Shown here: one piece after another, positions 20,390-30,925 of the stretch
Layout of the letters: the number at the start of each line of letters is the position of its first letter
Position numbering within the stretch: position 1 is the first letter of the stretch
From: Saccharofermentanales bacterium
GTDB lineage: Bacteria > Bacillota > Clostridia > Saccharofermentanales > DTU023
Assembly: GCA_050951845.1 (NCBI GenBank)
Contig: JBMNJV010000006.1
Location: 295,565 to 359,564 of the forward strand
Length of the DNA stretch: 64,000 nt
Direction: 5' to 3'
Notes under the pieces: model-generated
What the model was told of the DNA's origin: nothing
What the model saw: the letters and a program-made list of their open reading frames with translations, nothing else
Databases searched by the model: none
Translations under genes and position numbers: made by a program

Positions 20390-20566
20390 CGAAAATACTC
20401 CTTTATATAAAATATAATTTATTTGTGCGCTTTATTTATTACAGTACAGTTTGTCATTTACAATCAAGCGATATTCAACTTGTAATTTGCTCAATATTCA
20501 ATTGATAAACTATTATAACCTAAAGTTTATACTTTATTTAGTAATTAAGATGTGACTTGAGTTACA

Positions 20567-22123
20567 CTATGCTAATTCCTGACATTCAATTTCTTGATTT
20601 TCTACCGGTAAACGTCCGGATAAATATGTCATTTTCCGGAGATCGGCTGCAATTTCCGGATTAATCTGATCCTGCAACAAACGCCATTCCCAGTTTCCCT
20701 GCGAGCTGCCCGGAAGATTCATTCTGGCAGTTTCATCTAAATCCAGCAGATCCTGCATCGTAAGAATACACGTATTGGAAACCGCATTCATTGCTCCGCG
20801 TATAAAGCCTTTTGTATATCCTTCTTCCTCAGTTAAACCGAAATAGTCAATCGCCAGACTCCTGGTTTGCTCATCCAGCAGATTAAACCAACCATGAGTC
20901 GTTGAATTATCATGGGTTCCCGCATAAATGACATTATTGCGTTTCAAATTATGAGGTAAATATGTACTATTCATTTTCGGATCGAAAGCGAATTGCAAAA
21001 CACTCATCCCGGGAAAACCTAGTTTTTTCCTTAAAGCAATTACCTCATCAGTCATAAATCCCAGATCTTCAGCAATAACCCTGATTTCACCCAATTTATC
21101 CGCCATTGCTTTGAAAAGCTTCTCACCCGGACCGTCAATCCATTTGCCGAAACGGGCAGTCGGATCACCGTAAGGAATCGACCAATAAGATTCAAAACCG
21201 CGAAAATGATCGATTCGAACATAGTCATAAAGCTGCAGCGACCACTCCATACGTTTGAGCCACCAGGAAAAACCGTCTTGTTCCATTTCCTGCCAATCGT
21301 AGAGCGGATTGCCCCAGAGTTGTCCGTCAGGCGTAAATAAATCCGGCGGACATCCTGCAATATGGGTGAATTCCAGATCGGAATTCAATTGGAACAACTC
21401 CGGATCAGCCCAGACATCAACACTGTCAGGAGCGACATAAATCGGCAAGTCACCGATAATTTTGATGTTATGTTGTTCTGCATATTGTCTGACATGACTC
21501 CATTGACGATGAAAAATAAATTGCTCGAAATAGTAATAGTCAAGTTCAGTTTGATGTTCCTTGACAAAATCTTCCATCGTTTGCGGATCGCGCAAGCGAT
21601 ATGGTTCCGGCCAGGTTTGCCAGCTTTCACCAGAAAATTTTTCTTTCAAAACCATAAATGTTGCATAATCTTCTAACCACAATTTCTGAGCTTCGACAAA
21701 TTCCTCTTTCATCGCCAGCAATTGATGCGGTTTATAATAAAGCATACCTTCATAAGCCCAAAATAAGACTTTTTTCTTGTTTTCATAAATTAAGCCATAA
21801 TCAACTTCGGCGGGATCTGAACCCCAATCCAGAACGGCAGCTGCATCAGGCTGTAACAAGCCGTCCTCAACCAGTAAATCGAAATCAATAAAATAAGGAT
21901 TGCCGGCATAAATTGAGAAATTCTGATAAGGTGAATTGGCAAAACCCGTTGTGCCTAACGGCAAAATTTGCCAATATGTCTGACCCGCTTCATGTAAAAA
22001 ACGAATGAATCGATAGGCTTCTTTGCCCAATGTGCCTATTCCGTAAGGAGACGGCAATGAACTGATATGAAGTAAGACTCCGCTTAAACGCGGCATTGTT
22101 TTGATAATCTTTTTTTTGACCAT
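20567..22123 (-). CDS. malQ: 4-alpha-glucanotransferase (amylomaltase, GH77)
   Basis: GVLLHISSLP, GDLPIYV, GQLWGNP, RIDHFRGF, AEDLG, GTHDN motifs. Confidence 0.96.
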   Translation of the reverse strand: MVKKKIIKTMPRLSGVLLHISSLPSPYGIGTLGKEAYRFIRFLHEAGQTYWQILPLGTTGFANSPYQNFSIYAGNPYFIDFDLLVEDGLLQPDAAAVLDWGSDPAEVDYGLIYENKKKVLFWAYEGMLYYKPHQLLAMKEEFVEAQKLWLEDYATFMVLKEKFSGESWQTWPEPYRLRDPQTMEDFVKEHQTELDYYYFEQFIFHRQWSHVRQYAEQHNIKIIGDLPIYVAPDSVDVWADPELFQLNSDLEFTHIAGCPPDLFTPDGQLWGNPLYDWQEMEQDGFSWWLKRMEWSLQLYDYVRIDHFRGFESYWSIPYGDPTARFGKWIDGPGEKLFKAMADKLGEIRVIAEDLGFMTDEVIALRKKLGFPGMSVLQFAFDPKMNSTYLPHNLKRNNVIYAGTHDNSTTHGWFNLLDEQTRSLAIDYFGLTEEEGYTKGFIRGAMNAVSNTCILTMQDLLDLDETARMNLPGSSQGNWEWRLLQDQINPEIAADLRKMTYLSGRLPVENQEIECQELA

Positions 22124-22341
22124 GATTTAACCTGCTTTTGTATTTGCTTAAGTTTAACAATTTGCTTTTTTGTTTTGTATTCCGGATTATCTGCTGATCC
22201 TTGAATATAGCGTGACTCCACGAATCATGATACAATAATTCAGCATTTAAGGAAATTATAATTTATGACTCTGTTCATAAAGATAACATAATAATAGTTT
22301 AGAAAGCTAAACAGCGCATATTTAAATCATGGAGATCAGAA

Positions 22342-24039
22342 ATGAGATTAAGCAGAGATTATTTTTTTACCTTGAGAGATGATGTTAAAAATGAAGATTC
22401 GATCAGCGGCAACTTGCTGGTACGCTCCGGCATGATTAAGAAAAGCTCGTCCGGAATCTATATGATGTTACCCCTCGGTCTGCGCGTCATGAATAAAATT
22501 GAAAATATAGTACGTGAAGAAATGAATGCAATCCATTCATTGGAATTGAGCATGCCGGCTATGATTGCTGAAGAAGTCTATATCGAATCGGGTCGCAGAG
22601 AAACTTTCGGGAATAGCATGTTTGCTTTGAAAGACCGTTTTAACAAGCCGTTTGTTTTGGGTCCGACTCATGAAGAATTGTTTGCGGCGGCAGCCAAAAT
22701 GCACATCCATTCATATAAGGATATGCCGATTAGTCTTTATCAATTCCAAACTAAATTCCGTGATGAACCGAGACCGCGTTTCGGTTTAATCCGGGTACGT
22801 GAATTTGTCATGAAGGATGCCTATACTTTTGATCGTGATTTGGCAGGACTTGATGTGGCTTATGACAAAATGTTTCAGGCTTATAAAAATATCTTTGATC
22901 GTTTAGAAATCGATTATGTGATTGTGCGTGCCGATACCGGTGTAATGGGCGGATTACTTTCGGAAGAATTTCAAGCAATCAGCGAGATCGGCGAAGATAT
23001 TTTAGTTATTGAAGAATCATCCGGCTATGCCAGCAATCTGGAAATAGCCAAATGTGTCGTTGAAGATGAGATTTCCGATGAACCGGAACTTGCTTACGAG
23101 GTCAAAGATACACCGAATGCCAGAACAATTGAAGAAGTCGTAGCTTTCCTTAATGAAAATATTAAAAAATTCGTCAAAACTTTAATCTATAAAATCGACG
23201 GCAAGATCTTCGCACTTTGTGTCAGAGGTGATCATGAAGTCAACGAAACCAAAGTATTGAAATTACTGGGCGCTAATGAAATCGAAATGGCTAGTGAAGA
23301 CGAAGTTGTTGCGGCAACCAAAGCTCCGGTCGGCTTCGCAGGCCCGATCGGTCTGGAGATTCCGATCATAATGGATCAGGAATTAACCGTGATGAAGAAT
23401 TTCATTGTCGGAGCAAATCAAGTTGATCAACATTTTATCAACGTTAATTTATCAGACTTCACACCGACTCAAATCGCGGATATTCGCGAAATTAAAGAGG
23501 GTGACATGTGTGAGAACGGTGCCGGTCCCGTGAAATTCATGCGCGGAATCGAAGTTGGCAACACATTCAAACTAGGTGACGGTTATGCCAAAGCGATGGA
23601 TCTCTATTATACGGATCAAAACAACAAATTGATTCCGGTACAAATGGGTTCTTACGGAATCGGAATCGCACGTTGTATGGCGGCTATTGTCGAACAAAAT
23701 CATGATGAACACGGCATCCTGTGGCCGAAACATTTAGCTCCGGTTCAAGTTGCAATTGTGATCATCAACACAAAAAATGCTGAACAGGTTGAAGTCGCTG
23801 AAGAATTGTATGCGGAATTATGCGCAAACACCAAGCTCGATATTTTGATTGACGATCGTGATGAAAGAGCCGGTGTAAAATTCAATGACATGGAATTGAT
23901 CGGTGCTTACGCCCGGATCACAGTCGGTCGCGGTATCGCCGGCGGCAAAGTCGAACTGAAGATTGCCGGTTCCGATACATCCGAAGATGTTGCAATCGAA
24001 GATATTGCAACCAGAATCCGGGAAATTTTCGCAAATTGA
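22342..24039 (+). CDS. proS: Proline--tRNA ligase (with editing insertion)
   Basis: LGPTHEE, KFRDEPRPRFGLIRVREF, IEVGNTFKLG, MGSYGIG motifs. Confidence 0.97.
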   Translation: MRLSRDYFFTLRDDVKNEDSISGNLLVRSGMIKKSSSGIYMMLPLGLRVMNKIENIVREEMNAIHSLELSMPAMIAEEVYIESGRRETFGNSMFALKDRFNKPFVLGPTHEELFAAAAKMHIHSYKDMPISLYQFQTKFRDEPRPRFGLIRVREFVMKDAYTFDRDLAGLDVAYDKMFQAYKNIFDRLEIDYVIVRADTGVMGGLLSEEFQAISEIGEDILVIEESSGYASNLEIAKCVVEDEISDEPELAYEVKDTPNARTIEEVVAFLNENIKKFVKTLIYKIDGKIFALCVRGDHEVNETKVLKLLGANEIEMASEDEVVAATKAPVGFAGPIGLEIPIIMDQELTVMKNFIVGANQVDQHFINVNLSDFTPTQIADIREIKEGDMCENGAGPVKFMRGIEVGNTFKLGDGYAKAMDLYYTDQNNKLIPVQMGSYGIGIARCMAAIVEQNHDEHGILWPKHLAPVQVAIVIINTKNAEQVEVAEELYAELCANTKLDILIDDRDERAGVKFNDMELIGAYARITVGRGIAGGKVELKIAGSDTSEDVAIEDIATRIREIFAN

Positions 24040-24187
24040 TGTTAGCAGGATTACCGGTTAATCTAGCTGATTTTACTGATTGATCTTGTTGATATTACCA
24101 CTTTGACCTTACAGATCAGGATACCGTCGGTAAATTTCAATAAGTTCATTTCAGCAAATATAACAGAAGAGAAAGTAGAATCAATAT

Positions 24188-25723
24188 ATGTTTGAGATAT
24201 TAATTGAGCGCAAGGATTTTTTCTTCAATCTATTGCTGGAACATATTCAAATCTCGCTGATCGCAATTGTAATCGCAATCATAATCGGCGGAATATCCGG
24301 TATTTTAATCAGTGAATATGAACGCACCGCTAAGCCTACTCTGGCAGTGGTAGGAGTTTTATATACTATACCGTCAATCTCAATGCTGGGATTTCTGATT
24401 CCCTTCTCCGGTATCGGCAATGCTACGGCAATCATTGCCTTAACTATATATGCCCTTTTGCCGATGGTTCGCTCAACCTATACCGGAATCAAAAATGTTG
24501 ATGACAGAATAATTGAAGCTGCCCGCGGTATGGGCAGTACCAATTTTCAAATATTATATAAAATAAAACTGCCGCTGGCTTTCCCCGTGATCATGTCCGG
24601 CATCCGTAACATGGTAACCATGACCATTGCTCTGTCCGGTATTGCAGCTTTTATCGGAGCAGGAGGTTTGGGTGTTGCCATCTATCGCGGTATTACAACT
24701 AATAATCTCAATATGACCATGGCAGGCAGTTTGCTGATTGCCGCTCTCGCATTACTGCTTGATTTTCTCTTGGGAATAGTGGAACGTAATCTCGGCCAAA
24801 CCAGTTCCGTCAATAAGAAAAAAAGACAAATCAAAAAGCGCTTATCTTTGGCTTTTACAGCTGTTCTGATCCTTGCCGTGATTTTCAGCGCAATCAATTT
24901 TAATAAAAAATCCGTTATTCGCATTGCCACCAAACCGATGACCGAACAATATATCCTGGGTAATATGCTGGCAATTCTGATTGAGCAGGAAACTGATCTG
25001 GAAGTTGAGCTGACCGAAGGAGTAGGTGGCGGAACTTCCAATATTCAACCCGCTCTGGAAAAAGGTGAATTCGATATGTATCCCGAATATACCGGAACCG
25101 GTTGGAATATGGTACTGAAAAATGAAGGCATCTATTCTGAAGCTTTGTTTGAACAATTGGTTCAAGGTTATGAACAACAGTACAATTTGACTTGGCGCGG
25201 CATGCTAGGTTTCAATAATACTTACGGAATGGCTGTACGGACCGAAATTGCTGAAAAATTCAATCTTAAAACTTATTCCGATTTGGCAAAAGTCTCCGAT
25301 CAATTAATCTTCGGTGCCAACTATGATTTCTTTGAACGGGAAGATGGTTTTAAAGCTGTAACCGAAGCTTACAATATGCATTTCAAAGATACTTTAGACA
25401 TGGATATCGGTTTGAAATATCAGGCGATCAATCAGGGAAAAATCGATGTTTTAAGTGTTTTTACTACTGACGGACAGCTCAGTCAAAGTGATGTGATAGT
25501 CCTGGAGGATGACTTGCATTTTTATCCTTCATATAAATGCGGTACGGTCATCCGCACAGAAGTTTTGGACAAACATCCCGAACTGGAGGTTGTTTTGGAA
25601 AAACTCGCAGGAACCATAGACGATGCCCAAATGTCAAAAATGAATGACCTGGTTGAAAGCAAGAATCAGGAACCGGAAGATGTTGCTGAAGATTTTCTTG
25701 CTGAAATCGGCTTATTGAATTAA
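24188..25723 (+). CDS. Glycine betaine/choline ABC transporter, fused permease and substrate-binding protein (ProWX/OpuBB-like)
   Basis: TIPSISMLG, EAARGMG (EAA loop), KPMTEQYILG, YPEYTGT, TTDGQL, FYPSY. Confidence 0.92.
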   Translation: MFEILIERKDFFFNLLLEHIQISLIAIVIAIIIGGISGILISEYERTAKPTLAVVGVLYTIPSISMLGFLIPFSGIGNATAIIALTIYALLPMVRSTYTGIKNVDDRIIEAARGMGSTNFQILYKIKLPLAFPVIMSGIRNMVTMTIALSGIAAFIGAGGLGVAIYRGITTNNLNMTMAGSLLIAALALLLDFLLGIVERNLGQTSSVNKKKRQIKKRLSLAFTAVLILAVIFSAINFNKKSVIRIATKPMTEQYILGNMLAILIEQETDLEVELTEGVGGGTSNIQPALEKGEFDMYPEYTGTGWNMVLKNEGIYSEALFEQLVQGYEQQYNLTWRGMLGFNNTYGMAVRTEIAEKFNLKTYSDLAKVSDQLIFGANYDFFEREDGFKAVTEAYNMHFKDTLDMDIGLKYQAINQGKIDVLSVFTTDGQLSQSDVIVLEDDLHFYPSYKCGTVIRTEVLDKHPELEVVLEKLAGTIDDAQMSKMNDLVESKNQEPEDVAEDFLAEIGLLN

Positions 25724-25839
25724 ACAGTAAAATCAGAATTATAATCATAAACCACAAATTAAAAATAAAAACACAGGCAAAATTTCTATTTGAATTACAT
25801 ATAAAACACTTAAACATCATTCACAATAAAGAGGGCAAA

Positions 25840-26565
25840 ATGGCTATAATCGAATATATCAATGTAAACAAATCATATGGTAATGACTGGACTTTAGAAA
25901 ACTTTAATCTGAAAATCGAACAAGGTGAATTTGTCACGATTGTCGGTTCAAGCGGCAGCGGCAAAACAACGATTTTAAAAATGGTCAACGGTTTAATCAT
26001 CCCCGATTCCGGCACAATCATTGTCGAGGGCAAAGATATCCAAAATGTCGATCTGATTCATTTGCGACGTAATATCGGCTATGCTGTGCAAGGCAGTGTG
26101 CTTTTTCCTCATATGACAGTTGAAGAAAATATTGCTTATGTGCCCAACCTCTTAAATAAGAAAAATAAACAAAAAACCGTCAATGCGATCAGCAAATGGA
26201 TGGGCATTGTCGGTTTAGATGATAGTCTGCGTGACCGTTATCCAAGCGAATTATCCGGCGGACAACAACAGCGTGTCGGAATCGCCCGCTCGCTCGCTGC
26301 TTCACCTTATATTCTTCTGATGGATGAACCTTTCGGGTCAGTTGATGAAATAACCCGCAAACAATTGCAAGTTGAATTAAAAGCTATCTATGAAAAGACC
26401 GGCATAACCGTAATGTTTGTCACCCACGATATTGCCGAAGCTCTGCTTCTGGGCACCAAAGTATTAGTAATGAATGACGGTGCGATCGAGCAATTCGATA
26501 CACCCGAAAACATTCGTCAAAATCCCGCCACTCGTTATGTTGAACAACTTATTCTTGGAATATAA
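25840..26565 (+). CDS. Osmoprotectant ABC transporter ATP-binding subunit (ProV/OpuBA-like)
   Basis: GSSGSGKTT, LSGGQQQRVG, LMDEPF, FVTHD; directly after the permease-SBP fusion. Confidence 0.92.
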   Translation: MAIIEYINVNKSYGNDWTLENFNLKIEQGEFVTIVGSSGSGKTTILKMVNGLIIPDSGTIIVEGKDIQNVDLIHLRRNIGYAVQGSVLFPHMTVEENIAYVPNLLNKKNKQKTVNAISKWMGIVGLDDSLRDRYPSELSGGQQQRVGIARSLAASPYILLMDEPFGSVDEITRKQLQVELKAIYEKTGITVMFVTHDIAEALLLGTKVLVMNDGAIEQFDTPENIRQNPATRYVEQLILGI

Positions 26566-26637
26566 TAAACTGACCGGATTAAGGTTTGTTTTGACTTAAC
26601 AACGATATCTGAAGCATTTTTCCGCAATCAAATTTTT

Positions 26638-28557
26638 TTATTTTTGTAAATGGTTATATAAAGCCAACGATAAATTTCTCATGGTATAATCTCCGATGAC
26701 TCCACCTTTAGAATCAGACATAATAGCCAACACATAGTCCATTTTAGGAGAAAAGATTATTGCTCCGTCATGGCTATAGACACCAACATCTCCGGTTTTA
26801 TTTGCTGTTTTCACTCCGGCGGGCAAATAATACGGAATTTTAAAAATAAATTGTTGTCTGGACAATCTGCCCAACATATCTTGTGAAGCCTTGGCACTAG
26901 TAATTTCACCTCTATAAACCATTGACAAAAATTTTCCTATATCTTTAGCTGAAGTAACCATGACATTATCTGAAGGATACGAATAGTAATAATAACTGGA
27001 TATGAAATAAGCATGAATGATTGTATCATTAAATCCATATTTAGCACAGAATTCATCAATTAGAGAAAAGACATTCTTATGAGGATATGTTTTCTGCAAC
27101 AACATCACCATATTATTACTTGCAGCATTGTCACTTACAGTAATCATCAATTCCAGTTGATTATCTACATAGTCCGTCATTGACAAGTCACCTTTTTCAA
27201 TGGCTTCATAGACTGTACCCATAATAAATAGTTTTGCCATACAAGCAGGATATAACCCTTGATTGGAATTAGTATAAACGTATCCGGTTTCGAGCTCCTC
27301 AAAATATACCTGTAACGTTCCGCCGTATGAATCAATATATGGTTTAATGATGTTTCCGGCACTTTCAACAAGCGTTTTTTTGTAATAAATATCGTCATCG
27401 CCGGTATATTTTTCAGCTATGTAAGCTGTCTGACCGTTATAGGTTATTCTGATCCATGCTCCTTCACGATAACCCGTTACCTTAGTGCCTCCGGTTAATG
27501 TACCAAGTAAAATTTTCGAATTCTTTGCCGGACGAACTGCCAGTGTTCTGCTTTGGACGTACAAGGTCTCCGCTATAAGCGGCGGTGTAACATCAGTAAA
27601 TTTCGCCGCTATATACGCTGTCTTGCCGTTATAAGTTATTCTGATCCATACACCTTCGCGATAACCTGTTACCTTAGTCCCCCGGGTTAATGTACCAAGT
27701 AAAACTGATGAATTCTTGGCAGGACGAACTGCCAGTGTTCTGCTTTGGACGTACAAGGTCTCCGCTATAAGCGGCGATGTAACATCAGTAAATTTCGCCG
27801 CTATATACGCTGTCTTACCGTTATAGGTTATTCTGATCCATGCACCTTCGCGATAACCCGTTACCTTGGTTCCCCGGGTTAATGTACCAAGTAAAACTGA
27901 TGAATTCCTGGCAGGACGAACTGCCAGTGTTCTGCTTTGGACGTATAAGGTCTCCGCTACAGGCGGCGGTGTAACATCAGTAAATTTCGCCGCTATATAC
28001 GCTGTCTTACCGTTATAGGTTATTCTGATCCATGCTCCCTCACGATAACCCGTTACCTTGGTTCCTCCGGTTAATTTGCCAAGTAAAACTGATGAATTCC
28101 TGGCCGGACGAACTGCCAGTGTTCTGCTTTGGACGTATAAGGTCTCCGCTACAGGCGGCGGTGTAACATCAGTAAATTTCGCCGCTATATACGCTGTCTG
28201 ACCGTTATAGGTTATTCTGATCCATGCTCCTTCACGATAACCCGTTACCTTAGTGCCTCCGGTTAATGTACCAAGTAAAATTTTCGAATTCTTTGCCGGA
28301 CGAACTGCCAATGATCTGCTCTGGACATACAAGGTTTCCGAAACAGGCGGAACTGCAGAAGTTCTTTGTGTAACATGCTCTTGTTCACTTAAATCATTAT
28401 TATCTTCAATTATAATTGAATCTGCTGAAACCGGTACCCCCACTGATAATAAGCTAAATATTATGAGCATTACCAAGATCAGAACACATGGAATTTCGAA
28501 AACTATCTTTTTTTGTTTTTTCATCATTTTGCATTTAACCTTTAAAATAATTATCAT
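26638..28557 (-). CDS. Secreted protein: five SH3b-like repeats plus a class-A beta-lactamase-like hydrolase domain (CxxK variant); probable start ATG at 28527
   Basis: YPACMAKLF, MITVSDNAASN (SDN), ANKTGD (KTG); hydrophobic signal peptide ending PVSA. Confidence 0.85.
   Translation of the reverse strand: MIIILKVKCKMMKKQKKIVFEIPCVLILVMLIIFSLLSVGVPVSADSIIIEDNNDLSEQEHVTQRTSAVPPVSETLYVQSRSLAVRPAKNSKILLGTLTGGTKVTGYREGAWIRITYNGQTAYIAAKFTDVTPPPVAETLYVQSRTLAVRPARNSSVLLGKLTGGTKVTGYREGAWIRITYNGKTAYIAAKFTDVTPPPVAETLYVQSRTLAVRPARNSSVLLGTLTRGTKVTGYREGAWIRITYNGKTAYIAAKFTDVTSPLIAETLYVQSRTLAVRPAKNSSVLLGTLTRGTKVTGYREGVWIRITYNGKTAYIAAKFTDVTPPLIAETLYVQSRTLAVRPAKNSKILLGTLTGGTKVTGYREGAWIRITYNGQTAYIAEKYTGDDDIYYKKTLVESAGNIIKPYIDSYGGTLQVYFEELETGYVYTNSNQGLYPACMAKLFIMGTVYEAIEKGDLSMTDYVDNQLELMITVSDNAASNNMVMLLQKTYPHKNVFSLIDEFCAKYGFNDTIIHAYFISSYYYYSYPSDNVMVTSAKDIGKFLSMVYRGEITSAKASQDMLGRLSRQQFIFKIPYYLPAGVKTANKTGDVGVYSHDGAIIFSPKMDYVLAIMSDSKGGVIGDYTMRNLSLALYNHLQK
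27400..28338 (-). repeat. Five near-identical 192-bp (64-aa) SH3b-like repeats
   Basis: ETLYVQSRTLAVRPA…GAWIRITYNGKTAYIAAKFTD recurs with a 192-bp period (28338, 28146, 27954…). Confidence 0.95.
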
Positions 28558-28724
28558 TTATCAAAAATGCATAACATATCTCTTAATGCATTTTGACAAT
28601 CAATTTTCACTCAATTTTCACTTTTGATTCAAGTAGAAATGATTTCTGTTTTCTTTTGCTTCATAATATATATTATAGCATGTTTATAATATGTTTTTTA
28701 TAAATATACAATTATTAACTTCAT

Positions 28725-30473
28725 CTATTTATACTGTGGACGTGCAAAACCCCTGATCACACGTGATCCTATTTCATATCTTTTTCTCGCTACATAATCT
28801 ATACCAAAATCTTCCGGAGAAGCACAATTTACAGGGGAAGTATTACCCTCTATTGTATAAAAAAATCCATTATCAATACTTTCTACAAAACCGATATGAT
28901 TCGGAAAATCATTGTTCGGCTGTCTGATTGCCTTCCAGCTAAAAGCTACCAAATCCCCCGGGCGAGGTGTTATAGTGCCATCTTCAATCCATTGATCCTT
29001 ATTCATAAAAAATTTAATATGATAGTTAACAGAAACTTCTCTGCCCAGAATATCTGTTGTATTTGTCCGGATACCGATAAAACTTACAAAAGCGGCACAC
29101 CAGGGATCTTTATAACTCAGCGGATAGCCACGCGGAAGATCGGGCTGCTTATTATACGTATCTATAATATATTTATACTCCGGATTATGTTCATTAGCAC
29201 CGATCCATTTACGTGCTTCATCTAACACTCTGTCAAGCTTTTGAATACCCGTTTTGGGATTTACTACTTCCTCTGTAGTATATTTCGCCGCTATATACGC
29301 TGTCTTACCGTTGTAGGTTATTCTGATCCATGCTCCCTCGCGGTGACCCGTTATCTTTTGACCTTTTGCTAATGTACCGATTAACTCCGACGAATTCTTC
29401 GCCGGACGTACGGCTAATGGTCCGGCCTGAACGTATAATGATTCCGCCGGTGGGTTCGTATCAGTGAACTTTGCTGCTATATAAGCTGTTTGACCTTTAT
29501 ACGTTATTCTGATCCATGCTCCCTCACAGTAACCCGTTATTTTTTGACCTTTTGTCAATGTACCGATAACTGATCCGTTGGGGGCATTTCGTACGTAAAC
29601 TGCACTTTTCGCATAACAGATAACCGCAGGGTTATCGGTTGAGGTCATGCTCATTGCCACATAGGCTGTGTTTCCTTTATAGGTAAATCTGAGCCATGCT
29701 CCATGGATTGTACCGGTCACAAACAACGGCATTTTGGGCGTAGTGATTATACTGCCGTTCGGTGCACTTCTGATTATTGTATTAGCTAAGATATAACGTG
29801 TTACTTGAACCGGCGTTGCTTGCAGCAAAGGAATATAGACATAACCTGTTTTGTTATTATAGGTGAATCGCACCATATTACCGATCAGAACGCCTTGTAC
29901 CTGATGACCTCTTGGTATTGTTCCGATAATTGATCCGCCGGGAGCATTTCTTACATTAACTGTGCTTTTTGCATAACCCGTTATTTCAGGATTAGCGGTT
30001 GTAGTTACACTCATTGCAACATAGGCAGTGCTTCCGTTATAGATAAATCTCAGCCAGGCTCCTTCTTTTGTACCGCTTACCAGCAACGGCATTTCCAAAG
30101 TTGTGATTTCTATTCCGCCAGGTGAACTTCTGATTATTGAATTGGCTGAGATATAGCGCGTCACTTGGTTAGCGTTTGTAATTGAACGACTATACGATAT
30201 TGGCAGGGCCAGTGTTACGTCAGATTGAACAACCTCAGTGAAAGCATCTGTTGTTGATTCTTCAGTTACTGATTCTTGTTCATCGGATATCGCTTCAAAT
30301 ATTGACTCCTCTGCTTCTGATTCTTTTTCTGTTTCTTCTGTTGTTTCAACAGGTTCAGTATTCTTTTCTGCAGCCTCTGCTTTTACGTGCACCGTAAAGA
30401 TAATCGTAAATACCGGTGAGATCAACAGTAAGCAAAGAAAGTTTTTGATTACATTATTTTTACCCTTAACCAT
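28725..30473 (-). CDS. Secreted SH3b-repeat protein with a C-terminal CHAP amidase/peptidase domain
   Basis: DPWCAAFVS (Cys), PRPGDLV, HIGFVES (His), TIEGNT, IRGFARP. Confidence 0.88.
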   Translation of the reverse strand: MVKGKNNVIKNFLCLLLISPVFTIIFTVHVKAEAAEKNTEPVETTEETEKESEAEESIFEAISDEQESVTEESTTDAFTEVVQSDVTLALPISYSRSITNANQVTRYISANSIIRSSPGGIEITTLEMPLLVSGTKEGAWLRFIYNGSTAYVAMSVTTTANPEITGYAKSTVNVRNAPGGSIIGTIPRGHQVQGVLIGNMVRFTYNNKTGYVYIPLLQATPVQVTRYILANTIIRSAPNGSIITTPKMPLFVTGTIHGAWLRFTYKGNTAYVAMSMTSTDNPAVICYAKSAVYVRNAPNGSVIGTLTKGQKITGYCEGAWIRITYKGQTAYIAAKFTDTNPPAESLYVQAGPLAVRPAKNSSELIGTLAKGQKITGHREGAWIRITYNGKTAYIAAKYTTEEVVNPKTGIQKLDRVLDEARKWIGANEHNPEYKYIIDTYNKQPDLPRGYPLSYKDPWCAAFVSFIGIRTNTTDILGREVSVNYHIKFFMNKDQWIEDGTITPRPGDLVAFSWKAIRQPNNDFPNHIGFVESIDNGFFYTIEGNTSPVNCASPEDFGIDYVARKRYEIGSRVIRGFARPQYK

Positions 30474-30678
30474 TGTGCCGTCTCCTTATTGATTTTATTT
30501 GTTTTGACACAAAATAAAGGCTGTTCATAACACTTTTTTATCTGTAATAAAAACCAACTAAAGATTAATTTGAGTATATTCTTATATAATATTTTATTCA
30601 ATAAACGTGTCTTTAAAATAATAATCATTATCGTCAATAATTTATTTAATAAGGAAGATTAAAATAGTATCAATTTAG

Positions 30679-30724
30679 AAGAGTCAAATCTATCGGCACC
30701 TAACCACCGATAGATTTGACTCTT
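30679..30724. terminator. Perfect 18-bp-stem hairpin, possible terminator downstream of the 30926-34729 gene
   Basis: aagagtcaaatctatcgg-(10-nt loop)-ccgatagatttgactctt; no strong U-tract. Confidence 0.55.
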
Positions 30725-30725
30725 A

Positions 30726-30869
30726 CCTTTATTCGAGAAATATGTACAAGTCATTCTGACAGACAGAGGCAGTGAGTTCTCAGATCCTCTAACTATTGAA
30801 TATTGGAAAGATCAAACAAAAAGAACTATTGTCTTCTACTGTGATCCAATGTCTTCTGAACAAAAAGAC
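30726..30869 (+). mobile_element. IS30-family transposase internal relic
   Basis: Reads LFEKYVQVILTDRGSEFSDPLTIE…RTIVFYCDPMSSEQK, matching the IS30 ILTDNGSEF…FYCDPxxSxQK motif; no start codon or IRs. Confidence 0.75.
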
Positions 30870-30925
30870 GTACTGTTCATAATGACTAAGATTCCCTCTC
30901 ATATCTTATACTTGAAATAGAAATA

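Noticed and set aside
22124-22341. T-box riboswitch before proS
   Set aside because: No T-box antiterminator consensus or terminator seen, and the region is short
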